Made by a program: the position numbers and the translations under genes | Sequence record: MK047718.1 | DNA: 64,000 nucleotides | Direction: 5' to 3' (one strand) | Source of the DNA: Escherichia phage p000y | Part shown: in pieces, positions 20,922-29,108 of the stretch | How the letters are laid out: every line of letters starts with the position of its first letter | Numbering within the stretch: the stretch's first letter is position 1 | The notes under the pieces: model-generated | What the model was told of the DNA's origin: nothing | The model's input: only the letters and a program-made list of their open reading frames with translations | Databases searched by the model: none

Positions 20922-21914
20922 ATGTTACCTGTCGTCGGAAAACTTATTTCTCCAAAAGAACTGGCTGAGATTATTCCTTTGTCGGAAGCTTACGCATCAC
21001 AAGTGGCTTCTCATCGCGAACAAGTTAATTCGATTATGAACGGTGAAGACCCACGCAAACTTATTGTTGTAGGTCCTTGTTCAATTCATGACCCTATTGC
21101 TGCTGTTGAATACGGCAAACGTCTGGCTGAACTTCAAACTCGTCTTCCTAATGTTCTGTTAGTGATGCGCGTTTATTTTGAAAAGCCTCGAACTACCGTA
21201 GGTTGGAAAGGTCTTGTAAATGATCCATATCTTGACGGAAGTTTTGATATGAACCACGGTCTTATAGTTGCACGAACATTGTGTCGTAAACTTCTACGTA
21301 TGGGACTTCCATTAGCAACTGAAGTATTAGACCCATTCACGATTAAGTATCTTTCTGGTATTTTCTCATGGGTTGCTATTGGCGCCCGTACGACTGAAAG
21401 TCAGACACATCGTGAAATTGCTTCAGGTCTACCGATGTGCGTAGGCTTCAAGAACGCAACCAATGGTTCTATTAAAGTAGCTACAGACGCGATGTATAGC
21501 GCCGCCTGGCCTCATCGGTATATGGGTATGGACGTCGATGGTACTGTAGGCATTGTTGAAGCTGAAGGTAATCAGAATACGCATATCGTATTGCGTGGCG
21601 GGACCAACGGCCCGAACTATCATTCTTCTGATATTCAAGAAGCTTCTAACAAAGCAAGTGCAGTAGGTCTGAATCATTATGTAATGGTTGACTGTAGCCA
21701 TGCAAACGCTGCTGGGCATTATAGCAATCAAATTGGTATTGGTAAAAATTTAGCAGCTAATGATTTGGTCAAAGGAATTATGATAGAATCATTCCTACAT
21801 GAAGGAAATCAAAAAATTTCTGATAATATGTCCTATGGCGTTTCCGTTACCGATGCGTGCATCAGTTGGGAACAAACTAAAGAGCTGTTAACTTATATTA
21901 ATAAGGTTCAATAA
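20922..21914 (+). CDS. 3-deoxy-D-arabino-heptulosonate-7-phosphate (DAHP) synthase, class I (AroG/AroF/AroH-like)
   Basis: 330 aa with motifs VVGPCSIHDP, MRVYFEKPRTTVGWKGL, AIGARTTESQTHRE, VMVDCSHAN, ESFLHEGNQ, SVTDACI that align with E. coli AroG as I recall it; AGGA RBS; stop overlaps cd start. Confidence 0.88.
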   Translation: MLPVVGKLISPKELAEIIPLSEAYASQVASHREQVNSIMNGEDPRKLIVVGPCSIHDPIAAVEYGKRLAELQTRLPNVLLVMRVYFEKPRTTVGWKGLVNDPYLDGSFDMNHGLIVARTLCRKLLRMGLPLATEVLDPFTIKYLSGIFSWVAIGARTTESQTHREIASGLPMCVGFKNATNGSIKVATDAMYSAAWPHRYMGMDVDGTVGIVEAEGNQNTHIVLRGGTNGPNYHSSDIQEASNKASAVGLNHYVMVDCSHANAAGHYSNQIGIGKNLAANDLVKGIMIESFLHEGNQKISDNMSYGVSVTDACISWEQTKELLTYINKVQ

Positions 21915-22495
21915 TGAAAGCTAGCACATATCTTCAAATTGCTTATTTGATTTCTCAAGAATCAAAATGTTGTTCATGGAAAGTTGGTGCCGTCATTGAA
22001 AAAGATGGACGCATTATTTCTACAGGTTATAATGGCTCTCCTTCAGGTGGTACAAACTGTTGCGAACATGCATCCGAAAACGGTTGGTTGAAGAATAAAC
22101 CAAGCCCGGTCATCGTTGCTGGGCATAAAGAAGGCACTACAGCATTTGGACGGGTGGATAATTTTGTTTTGGCTAAAGAACATCGAGCGGCTCATAGTGC
22201 ATGGTCTGCTAATAATGAAATCCATGCTGAATTGAATGCAATTTTGTTTGCAGCTCGTAAAGGTAATTCTATTGAAGGTGCTACGTTATATACGACGCTT
22301 TCTCCGTGTCCTGATTGCACTAAAGCTATTACACAGTCAGGTATTAAAAAGGTTGTATACGCAGAATTATATGACAGATCTCCTGAAAATTGGGCAGACA
22401 TTCTAAAACAAGCCGGTATTGAAGTAATTCAGTACTCTCGTAATAATCTTCGTTCTCTGAATTGGGAACAAATCCGAAACTTTTGTGGTGAATAA
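21914..22495 (+). CDS. cd: dCMP deaminase
   Basis: 193 aa (T4 Cd 193 aa); zinc motifs HAELNAI and PCPDC. Confidence 0.95.
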   Translation: MKASTYLQIAYLISQESKCCSWKVGAVIEKDGRIISTGYNGSPSGGTNCCEHASENGWLKNKPSPVIVAGHKEGTTAFGRVDNFVLAKEHRAAHSAWSANNEIHAELNAILFAARKGNSIEGATLYTTLSPCPDCTKAITQSGIKKVVYAELYDRSPENWADILKQAGIEVIQYSRNNLRSLNWEQIRNFCGE

Positions 22496-22496
22496 T

Positions 22497-22793
22497 ATGA
22501 TTTTAACTGAACAAGAGACTATGGTTCTTCGTGAACGTATTAAAACTATTCTGTCTGTAGGCGTTCATTGTGTTGTATTTGAAAAGGCTAACGGTGAGGT
22601 ACGCACTATGTTTGCTTCGCGCGATGAACTTGAAGTCAAATATGAAAATAACAATCCGGCAACAGAAGTTCGTTCTGAACCTCGTGAATCAGTTCGAGCA
22701 TTCGATACCAAGTTAGGTCAGTGGCGTTCTTTCCGCCTTGATAAAGTAATTTCGGTTGATGGTACTCCGGTAGAACGTTTGCTTCTTATGTAA
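22497..22793 (+). CDS. Hypothetical protein (between cd and 31)
   Basis: ATG at 22497 in TAATATG overlap with cd stop (track ORF begins at GTG 22485); ~98 aa. Confidence 0.5.
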   Translation: MILTEQETMVLRERIKTILSVGVHCVVFEKANGEVRTMFASRDELEVKYENNNPATEVRSEPRESVRAFDTKLGQWRSFRLDKVISVDGTPVERLLLM

Positions 22794-22795
22794 TA

Positions 22796-22820
22796 TGCTT
22801 TACGAATAGTATGGTATTAT
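22796..22820 (+). promoter_or_regulatory. Putative MotA-dependent middle promoter for gene 31
   Basis: MotA-box-like TGCTTTA with TATTAT 12 nt downstream. Confidence 0.4.
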
Positions 22821-22850
22821 TAATCTATCGTCAAACAACAAGGAAATAAG

Positions 22851-23183
22851 ATGTCTGAAGTACAACTCCCAATTCGTGCTGTTGGTGAATATGTCATTCT
22901 GGTTTCTGAACCCGCTCAAGCAGGTGATGAAGAAGTTACCGAATCAGGACTTGTGATTGGTAAACGTGTTCAAGGTGAAGTTCCTGAACTATGTATAGTT
23001 CATTCTGTAGGTCCTGATGTTCCTGAAGGTTTTGTTGAAGTCGGTGATTTGACTCCACTACCAGTTGGACAAATTCGAAATGTTCCACATCCATTTGTGG
23101 CTTTAGGACTTAAACAACCTAAAGAAATTAAACAGAAATTCGTAACATGCCACTATAAAGCTATTCCGTGTCTTTATAAGTGA
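22851..23183 (+). CDS. 31: Co-chaperonin gp31 (GroES-like)
   Basis: 110 aa, [34 protein letters not shown]... near-identical to remembered T4 gp31. Confidence 0.95.
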   Translation: MSEVQLPIRAVGEYVILVSEPAQAGDEEVTESGLVIGKRVQGEVPELCIVHSVGPDVPEGFVEVGDLTPLPVGQIRNVPHPFVALGLKQPKEIKQKFVTCHYKAIPCLYK

Positions 23184-23191
23184 TATAAATA
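23184..23191 (+). promoter_or_regulatory. Late promoter (TATAAATA) between gene 31 and rIII
   Basis: Exact TATAAATA directly after gene 31 stop. Confidence 0.5.
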
Positions 23192-23307
23192 ACTATATGA
23201 AGAGAACACTCTTCTAAGCGGTAGCCTACAACTGAGAGACTTGTCGAAAGAAGGTGAAATTCAGACGAACGTGGCTACTAAATATTATCTCGAATTGAGA
23301 ATTTAAA

Positions 23308-23556
23308 ATGATTAAACAATTACAACACGCTCTTGAACTGCAACGAAACGCATGGAATAACGGTCACGAAAACTACGGCGCGTCAATTGATGTTGAAGCC
23401 GAAGCACTGGAAATCCTGCATTATTTCAAACATCTGAACCCGGTACAGGCAGCTTTGGCCTCTGAACTGGAAGCAAAAGATGAACTGAAATATGCTAAGC
23501 CTTTGGCTTCTGCAGCTCGTAAAGCAGTACGTCATTTTGTTATTACCCTTAAATAA
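23308..23556 (+). CDS. rIII: Lysis inhibition accessory protein rIII
   Basis: 82 aa, same length and position as T4 rIII. Confidence 0.8.
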   Translation: MIKQLQHALELQRNAWNNGHENYGASIDVEAEALEILHYFKHLNPVQAALASELEAKDELKYAKPLASAARKAVRHFVITLK

Positions 23557-23851
23557 GTTTTAGGTGATTCGCTACCTTAAGTGCGGCTAGAAAATCGAGG
23601 AGCCGTCGAACTGTCTGATTAATGATTTGCGAATCATTATAGTTTTAAGGCCCCGGCAGTTTTACGGTGTACCTCTTGAATGTATTTTGTACTATCACGC
23701 GTCAGAAAAAGGTTATCTGTCTAAGTCGTGGTTGGTATGATGACGGGTTTATGGTTATCCTGTCGTTAAATATCCAAAACCTATGTTCCCCTTGAGGGCT
23801 TGCGCAGGCAATGTCAATAAGTCCTGCATTTTCATTTAAAGAGAATTTATA

Positions 23852-24031
23852 ATGGCAAAACAAGCTAAAGCAAAGAAAGCAGTTGAAAAGAAAGTTGATG
23901 GTACCTCTAAACGCGCTGGATACAAGCGTGGGTCGAACTCTCGTATTAATCAAACAGTTGAGAAGATCATGCGCAGAGCACGTGCAGTTCTTCGAGATGA
24001 TGCTTCTCGTTTTGGAAAGGTTGTTGCATAA
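23852..24031 (+). CDS. Small highly basic protein (59 aa), hypothetical
   Basis: ATG 23852 to TAA 24031 translated by hand: MAKQAKAKKAVEKKVDGTSKRAGYKRGSNSRINQTVEKIMRRARAVLRDDASRFGKVVA; followed directly by tetraloop terminator; below the 60-aa track cutoff. Confidence 0.45.
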   Translation: MAKQAKAKKAVEKKVDGTSKRAGYKRGSNSRINQTVEKIMRRARAVLRDDASRFGKVVA

Positions 24032-24036
24032 TTTTA

Positions 24037-24058
24037 GGGAGACTTCGGTCTCCCTTTT
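24037..24058 (+). terminator. Tetraloop terminator GGGAGAC-UUCG-GUCUCCC + UUUU
   Basis: Same hairpin as at 8805; directly follows the 59-aa ORF. Confidence 0.8.
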
Positions 24059-24091
24059 GTGCGTTTAGGGCAGAAAAAGTTTAAAAAAGAT

Positions 24092-24120
24092 GTTTACTCT
24101 CCTGTAGGATGTGTTACTAT
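24092..24120 (+). promoter_or_regulatory. T4 early promoter
   Basis: GTTTAC-N17/18-TACTAT. Confidence 0.6.
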
Positions 24121-24162
24121 AGACTTGTACCACCTAATCAATAAAACAAACCGGAGAACAAA

Positions 24163-24531
24163 ATGAAAATCAATCTGAACTCATACATCAAATGTAAAGA
24201 CCACGATGGTTATAAAGCTATCGAAATTAAAGAATTCCAGTGGATGTTATACAAAGAGCAATTTGAGTTCGTAGGTTGTATGACCCCTGAAGGTCCTTCA
24301 GATGATTTCTCTTGGAAAATTGTGTTAGCAAACTTTTTCACAGGTGACACATACGAATTAAAAACTATTATTACCGGTAAAATTCGTTCAGAAACATATG
24401 TTGACGAAGAAACTGGTTACTCTGAAGTTGTTACATGGTATCAAAATGGACGCATTACAGCAGATAACCTGATCGAAAAAATGAAAGCCAAAGGTGTTTT
24501 AAATTTAGACAATTGGATTAAAGTTGCATAA
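24163..24531 (+). CDS. Hypothetical protein (30.x block)
   Basis: 122-aa ORF after early promoter 24092-24120. Confidence 0.55.
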   Translation: MKINLNSYIKCKDHDGYKAIEIKEFQWMLYKEQFEFVGCMTPEGPSDDFSWKIVLANFFTGDTYELKTIITGKIRSETYVDEETGYSEVVTWYQNGRITADNLIEKMKAKGVLNLDNWIKVA

Positions 24532-24535
24532 AACA

Positions 24536-24565
24536 GTTTACTTTGGTACAGGTTATGTTATTATA
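24536..24565 (+). promoter_or_regulatory. T4 early promoter
   Basis: GTTTAC-N18-ATTATA; inverted repeat GGTACAGG/CCTGTACC brackets the -10. Confidence 0.55.
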
Positions 24566-24605
24566 GACCTGTACCAACAAACAACTTAAACATCTGGAGA
24601 ATAAA

Positions 24606-24971
24606 ATGAACTACATCAACTTCGAACGTAAATATGTTTCTAACGGTATCGCTGGTTCTTCTGAAGTTATTTGCCTGTGGAAACACGAAAACGGTTCAGT
24701 ATGTGAAATTGAGCAGTATATGACTCCTAATTACGTTTATATGCGATTTGAAAATGGCATCACGGTTTCAATCACGATGGAAGGTTCAAATTTTAAAATT
24801 GCATTAGATGATGATTTCCGTCAGCGTGATTTAGGTACTCATCCTTGCTGGAATGGTGTTAATCGTAAACTTCTGGTTAAAACTTGGATTCGTCATATCC
24901 TGAGTAACCGAGCTAAACCTGAACATCTCGAAGCAATCTTTGATGTAGTTCTTAACGAATTTGATATCTAA
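24606..24971 (+). CDS. Hypothetical protein (30.x block)
   Basis: 121-aa ORF after early promoter 24536-24565; GGAGA RBS. Confidence 0.55.
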   Translation: MNYINFERKYVSNGIAGSSEVICLWKHENGSVCEIEQYMTPNYVYMRFENGITVSITMEGSNFKIALDDDFRQRDLGTHPCWNGVNRKLLVKTWIRHILSNRAKPEHLEAIFDVVLNEFDI

Positions 24972-24978
24972 ATTAATT

Positions 24979-24994
24979 GGGAGCCGAAGCTCCC
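24979..24994 (+). terminator. Intercistronic tetraloop hairpin GGGAGC-CGAA-GCUCCC
   Basis: Perfect 6-bp stem; weak U-run, so may be a stabiliser rather than a full terminator. Confidence 0.5.
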
Positions 24995-25007
24995 TATTGA
25001 GGAAATT

Positions 25008-25622
25008 ATGTTTAAAGTTAATACTTTTTATAAAATGAATTTTAAAAACGGGGATATTACTCCACGCCTTAAAAACATGTTCTCATATGACCTTATCGAG
25101 CCTTTTGAAGTTTTAGAAGTTACTGATGCTGGCTCGGTTTGTGAAATTAGAACTTCTGAAGGTAAAATTTATCAGGCAGGTGTTGGTAAATTCAGTAATT
25201 GTTTTACTTTAATATTCTCGACTGATTTAGATGAGCATTTTATTGAATGTCCTAACCATAAGGTCTACGAAGTTCCATGGAAAGAAACTAAGAAAAATGG
25301 ACCGCATGAATACACGAAGGTTGAAACTCCTCACGGCGATATGTGGCGGCATAACTCTCCTTTCGGAAGTAAAGGAACATTTGCTCAACTGCCTAAACCT
25401 TATGACGATGAAAAATACATCGTCGCCTTTTTATCTGAACAGGGTACTCAAGACCGTGGATGTCAACGAAGTGGTTTACTAAGTGAACTTGAAGCTCATA
25501 ACCAAGCACGTGAATTCGTTGAGAAAAATCCTGGCTCTGAAGCTCTAGTCATGAAAGCAATTACTCAATATATCACTGCTCAACCTGTTGTTCATCCGGT
25601 AGAAATTAATTTCATTAAGTAG
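25008..25622 (+). CDS. Hypothetical protein (30.x block)
   Basis: 204-aa ORF; no motif recognised. Confidence 0.55.
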   Translation: MFKVNTFYKMNFKNGDITPRLKNMFSYDLIEPFEVLEVTDAGSVCEIRTSEGKIYQAGVGKFSNCFTLIFSTDLDEHFIECPNHKVYEVPWKETKKNGPHEYTKVETPHGDMWRHNSPFGSKGTFAQLPKPYDDEKYIVAFLSEQGTQDRGCQRSGLLSELEAHNQAREFVEKNPGSEALVMKAITQYITAQPVVHPVEINFIK

Positions 25623-25652
25623 TTTACATCCAAGGACGGATTAGAGTATAAT
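25622..25652 (+). promoter_or_regulatory. T4 early promoter
   Basis: GTTTAC-N19-TATAAT. Confidence 0.55.
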
Positions 25653-25676
25653 GATTTCTTTAGTAAGTGGAAAAAT

Positions 25677-25874
25677 ATGAAATTTTTAATAGCACAAACA
25701 GTCCAATTAAAAGGTGTTGGAATTCCTGGGGTGATTTTTAAAGTTCTCCCTGAATTTAAAACCGGCGCTGGAATTATCAATGAAGCGTATGCTGTTCAAT
25801 GGGTTGATTGGACTTCTGACATACGTATGGGTAAAGAGTTATCTCCTATTAAAGGGTTGAAACATGTTGAATAA
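25677..25874 (+). CDS. Hypothetical protein
   Basis: 65-aa ORF after early promoter 25622-25652. Confidence 0.45.
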   Translation: MKFLIAQTVQLKGVGIPGVIFKVLPEFKTGAGIINEAYAVQWVDWTSDIRMGKELSPIKGLKHVE

Positions 25875-26076
25875 ATTAATCCAGAAATTGTTAGGTACAG
25901 AAATGGTTGAAGTTACGTATCGTGTGACTGATGTAAGCCCATGGACCCGAAAAGTTGAACCATATACTAAAACAATTAAAATGCTGAAATATGACAGTGG
26001 ATTATCTATCAAAGACCGTCTACCGGCTTATGGTCATTGGGCTGATGTTGAAATTATAAGTGTTAAAGATGTCTGA
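25864..26076 (+). CDS. Hypothetical protein
   Basis: 70-aa ORF. Confidence 0.45.
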   Translation: MLNKLIQKLLGTEMVEVTYRVTDVSPWTRKVEPYTKTIKMLKYDSGLSIKDRLPAYGHWADVEIISVKDV

Positions 26077-26527
26077 GTTAGAGATAAGAAGTAATTTCAA
26101 GTGGCCGTCATGTGCATTAAGTAATTTTGCTCAATGGCCTTTTGTTATGGATGGTATTCAATTCGGAGGTCTTGAAGGATTTCTCCAAGGATGTAAGGTG
26201 AAAAATGTTGAACAACAAAGACGTATATTTGGGTTGTCTGGATTGGCTGCACAGCAAGCTGGAAGGTCTTATGCAAGAGCTCAGGACCGTGGGACTCTCT
26301 TCTGGTTAGGAGTTCCGTTTTCAAGATACTCCGAAGCGTGGAAAGAATTATACACAAATGCATATTTTGAAGCCGCGATCCAAAATAAGGGGTTTCGTGA
26401 TGCCTTACAAGCCTCTAAAGGAAAAATTTTGAAGCACAGCATGGCTAGCCACCTAACAAAAGATGATACAATACTAACCGAAGCTGAATTTATTGATGTG
26501 TTAAACCTATTAAGAGACTCTTTATGA
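26060..26527 (+). CDS. NADAR/YbiA-like (DUF1768) domain protein, putative N-glycosidase / ADP-ribose processing enzyme
   Basis: 155 aa; N-terminal segment LSNFAQWPFVMDGIQFGGLEGFLQGCK resembles remembered YbiA/NADAR core (FSNF..WP..DG....EH.FQA.K). Confidence 0.5.
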   Translation: MLKMSELEIRSNFKWPSCALSNFAQWPFVMDGIQFGGLEGFLQGCKVKNVEQQRRIFGLSGLAAQQAGRSYARAQDRGTLFWLGVPFSRYSEAWKELYTNAYFEAAIQNKGFRDALQASKGKILKHSMASHLTKDDTILTEAEFIDVLNLLRDSL

Positions 26528-27339
26528 AGCCTACTATTTTGACTGATATTGATGGTGTATGTTTAAGCTGGCAATCTGGACTTCCTTATTTTGCCCAAAA
26601 ATATAACCTTCCATTAGAACATATTTTAAAAATGATTCAGGACGAAAAATTTATTTCTCCTGGTAAACTGTTCAATACCGACGATAACCTTGGTAAACAA
26701 TTAATAGAAAAATATAATAGCTCTGATTTTATTCGTTACTTAGCGCCTTATTCTGATGCTCTTCGAGTTATCAATAAACTAAAAGAAGACTATAATTTTG
26801 TAGCCGTGACGGCGCTAGGTGATTCAATTGATGCTCGATTGAATAGACAATTTAATTTGAATGCTTTGTTCCCAGGCGCTTTCTCTGAAGTAATGATGTG
26901 TGGTCATGATTCTTCAAAGGAACAATTATTCGAACTAGCTAAAACAAAATATAACGTAATTTGTTACGTTGACGATTTAGCTCATCATTGCGACCATGCG
27001 GCAGAAATTCTTAATGTACCGATTTATTGGTTGGCTCGTGGTGAACGTGATGATATTCCTCGCACTGCACAACGTGTACACACGTGGGATGATATTGAAT
27101 CTCGTTTGGTTCCACCTGAGCATAATTCAGATTCAGATCGTGAAGACCTTTTAAAACGATTGGCGGATTTGCTTAAAGAATCAGGTGCAACAAGCCCAGG
27201 TGCATGGCCTAATCAAATTGGCGCTCCGTCGAATCCGTATACTTGGCGAACTCCAGGACCAACCGATATGCAGCCATGGTGGACGATTCAAAACTTTCCT
27301 TTAGATTCGTCCAAATGGACTTGGTCTATAAATTGTTAA
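26524..27339 (+). CDS. HAD-superfamily hydrolase (putative phosphatase/nucleotidase)
   Basis: 271 aa; N-terminal HAD motif I LTDIDGV; possible motif IV YVDDL. Confidence 0.55.
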   Translation: MKPTILTDIDGVCLSWQSGLPYFAQKYNLPLEHILKMIQDEKFISPGKLFNTDDNLGKQLIEKYNSSDFIRYLAPYSDALRVINKLKEDYNFVAVTALGDSIDARLNRQFNLNALFPGAFSEVMMCGHDSSKEQLFELAKTKYNVICYVDDLAHHCDHAAEILNVPIYWLARGERDDIPRTAQRVHTWDDIESRLVPPEHNSDSDREDLLKRLADLLKESGATSPGAWPNQIGAPSNPYTWRTPGPTDMQPWWTIQNFPLDSSKWTWSINC

Positions 27340-27348
27340 GGGCTAATT

Positions 27349-27618
27349 ATGTTTGTAGTTCATGATATTACAGATGGCAAAAACACCACACGTGACTACG
27401 GTCATGTTAACATGTTCTTTCGAGACTGGCCGGTGTTTCGTTCAGTAAAAGACGCAGAAATATTTAAAGAGTGTGTTGAACAAGGGTTCATCTACATTTC
27501 AGAATATTATGTTGAAGGACTCGGTAAATGGATTACCACTTATCAGAAAACGCTGAAATCGCTTCTAGATGAAGTGGCTTATAATAGAACCGTAACCAAA
27601 ATCGAGGACATCAAATGA
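27349..27618 (+). CDS. Hypothetical protein (30.1 position)
   Basis: 89-aa ORF immediately upstream of DNA ligase. Confidence 0.5.
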   Translation: MFVVHDITDGKNTTRDYGHVNMFFRDWPVFRSVKDAEIFKECVEQGFIYISEYYVEGLGKWITTYQKTLKSLLDEVAYNRTVTKIEDIK

Positions 27619-29108
27619 TTTTAGATATTTTAAACCAAATAGCTGCGATCGGTTCTACTAAAACAAAACAAGAAATCCTTAAGAAAAATAAGGACAACAA
27701 ATTACTTGAACGTGTGTATCGTTTAACATATGCACGTGGTATCCAGTATTATATTAAGAAATGGCCAGGACCAGGTGAAAGGTCTCAAGCGTATGGTCTT
27801 CTTGAATTAGATGACATGTTGGATTTTATTGAGTTCACATTAGCCACTCGTAAACTCACTGGTAATGCTGCAATTAAAGAGCTCATGGGTTATATCGCTG
27901 ACGGTAAACCTGATGATGTAGAAGTCCTTCGTCGTGTAATGATGCGAGACCTTGAAGTAGGTGCTTCAGTGTCTATCGCGAATAAGGTGTGGCCTGGACT
28001 TATTCAATTGCAGCCACAGATGTTAGCATCTGCATATGATGAGAAATTGATTACTAAAAATATTAAATGGCCTGCATTTGCCCAATTAAAGGCAGATGGT
28101 GCTCGTTGTTTCGCTGAAGTTCGCGATGATGGCGTTCAATTCTTTTCTCGTGCCGGTAACGAATACCATGGTCTTACTCTATTAGCAGATGAACTAATGG
28201 AAATGACTAAAGAAGCTCGTGAAAGACACCCTAATGGGGTTTTAATCGACGGTGAATTAGTTTATCATTCATTTGATATTAAAAAGGCTGTGAGCTCAGG
28301 AAATGACCTGTCGTTCTTATTTGGCGATAATGAAGAATCCGAAGAAGTACAAGTTGCAGACCGTAGCACTTCAAATGGTTTAGCAAATAAATCTCTTCAA
28401 GGGACTATTTCTCCTAAAGAAGCTGAAGGTATGGTTCTTCAAGCCTGGGACTATGTTCCTTTAGATGAAGTCTATTCTGACGGCAAAATTAAAGGTCAGA
28501 AATACGATGTTCGTTTTGCTGCTCTTGAAAATATGGCTGAAGGCTTTAAACGAATTGAGCCAATTGAAAATCAGTTAGTTCATAATCTTGATGAAGCTAA
28601 AGTGGTTTATAAAAAATATGTTGACCAAGGTCTTGAAGGTATTATCCTTAAAAATCGTGATTCATATTGGGAAAACAAACGCTCTAAGAACCTAATTAAA
28701 TTTAAAGAAGTTATTGATATCGCTTTAGAAGTTGTAGGATACTATGAACACTCTAAAGACCCTAACAAATTAGGTGGTGTCGAACTCGTATCACGTTGTC
28801 GTCGTATTACAACCGATTGTGGTTCGGGTTTTAAAGATACAACTCATAAAACAGTTGATGATGTAAAGGTTCTTATTCCTTTAGATGAGCGTCATGATTT
28901 AGACCGTGAACGATTAATGGCTGAAGCTCGTGAAGGTAAATTAATTGGACGTATCGCTGATTGTGAATGTAATGGTTGGGTTCATTCTAAAGGCCGTGAA
29001 GGTACTGTAGGTATTTTCCTTCCAATTATTAAAGGGTTCCGTTTTGATAAAACAGAAGCGGATTCATTTGAAGACGTATTTGGACCGTGGTCCCAGACAG
29101 GTTTATAA
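27615..29108 (+). CDS. 30: ATP-dependent DNA ligase gp30
   Basis: 497 aa; MILDILNQIAAIGSTKTKQEILKKNKDNKLLERVYRLTY... and KADGARCF adenylation motif; matches T4 DNA ligase. Confidence 0.95.
   Translation: MILDILNQIAAIGSTKTKQEILKKNKDNKLLERVYRLTYARGIQYYIKKWPGPGERSQAYGLLELDDMLDFIEFTLATRKLTGNAAIKELMGYIADGKPDDVEVLRRVMMRDLEVGASVSIANKVWPGLIQLQPQMLASAYDEKLITKNIKWPAFAQLKADGARCFAEVRDDGVQFFSRAGNEYHGLTLLADELMEMTKEARERHPNGVLIDGELVYHSFDIKKAVSSGNDLSFLFGDNEESEEVQVADRSTSNGLANKSLQGTISPKEAEGMVLQAWDYVPLDEVYSDGKIKGQKYDVRFAALENMAEGFKRIEPIENQLVHNLDEAKVVYKKYVDQGLEGIILKNRDSYWENKRSKNLIKFKEVIDIALEVVGYYEHSKDPNKLGGVELVSRCRRITTDCGSGFKDTTHKTVDDVKVLIPLDERHDLDRERLMAEAREGKLIGRIADCECNGWVHSKGREGTVGIFLPIIKGFRFDKTEADSFEDVFGPWSQTGL

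Noticed and set aside
23557-23851. Possible tRNA or group I intron remnant in the post-rIII tract
   Set aside because: No convincing T-arm (GGTTCGAATCC-like) or cloverleaf found by eye; too short for intron plus endonuclease; kept only as an unexplained non-coding region.
23702-23953. 83-aa minus-strand ORF across the post-rIII non-coding tract
   Set aside because: Runs against the surrounding transcription direction, overlaps the better-supported 59-aa plus-strand ORF, no RBS.
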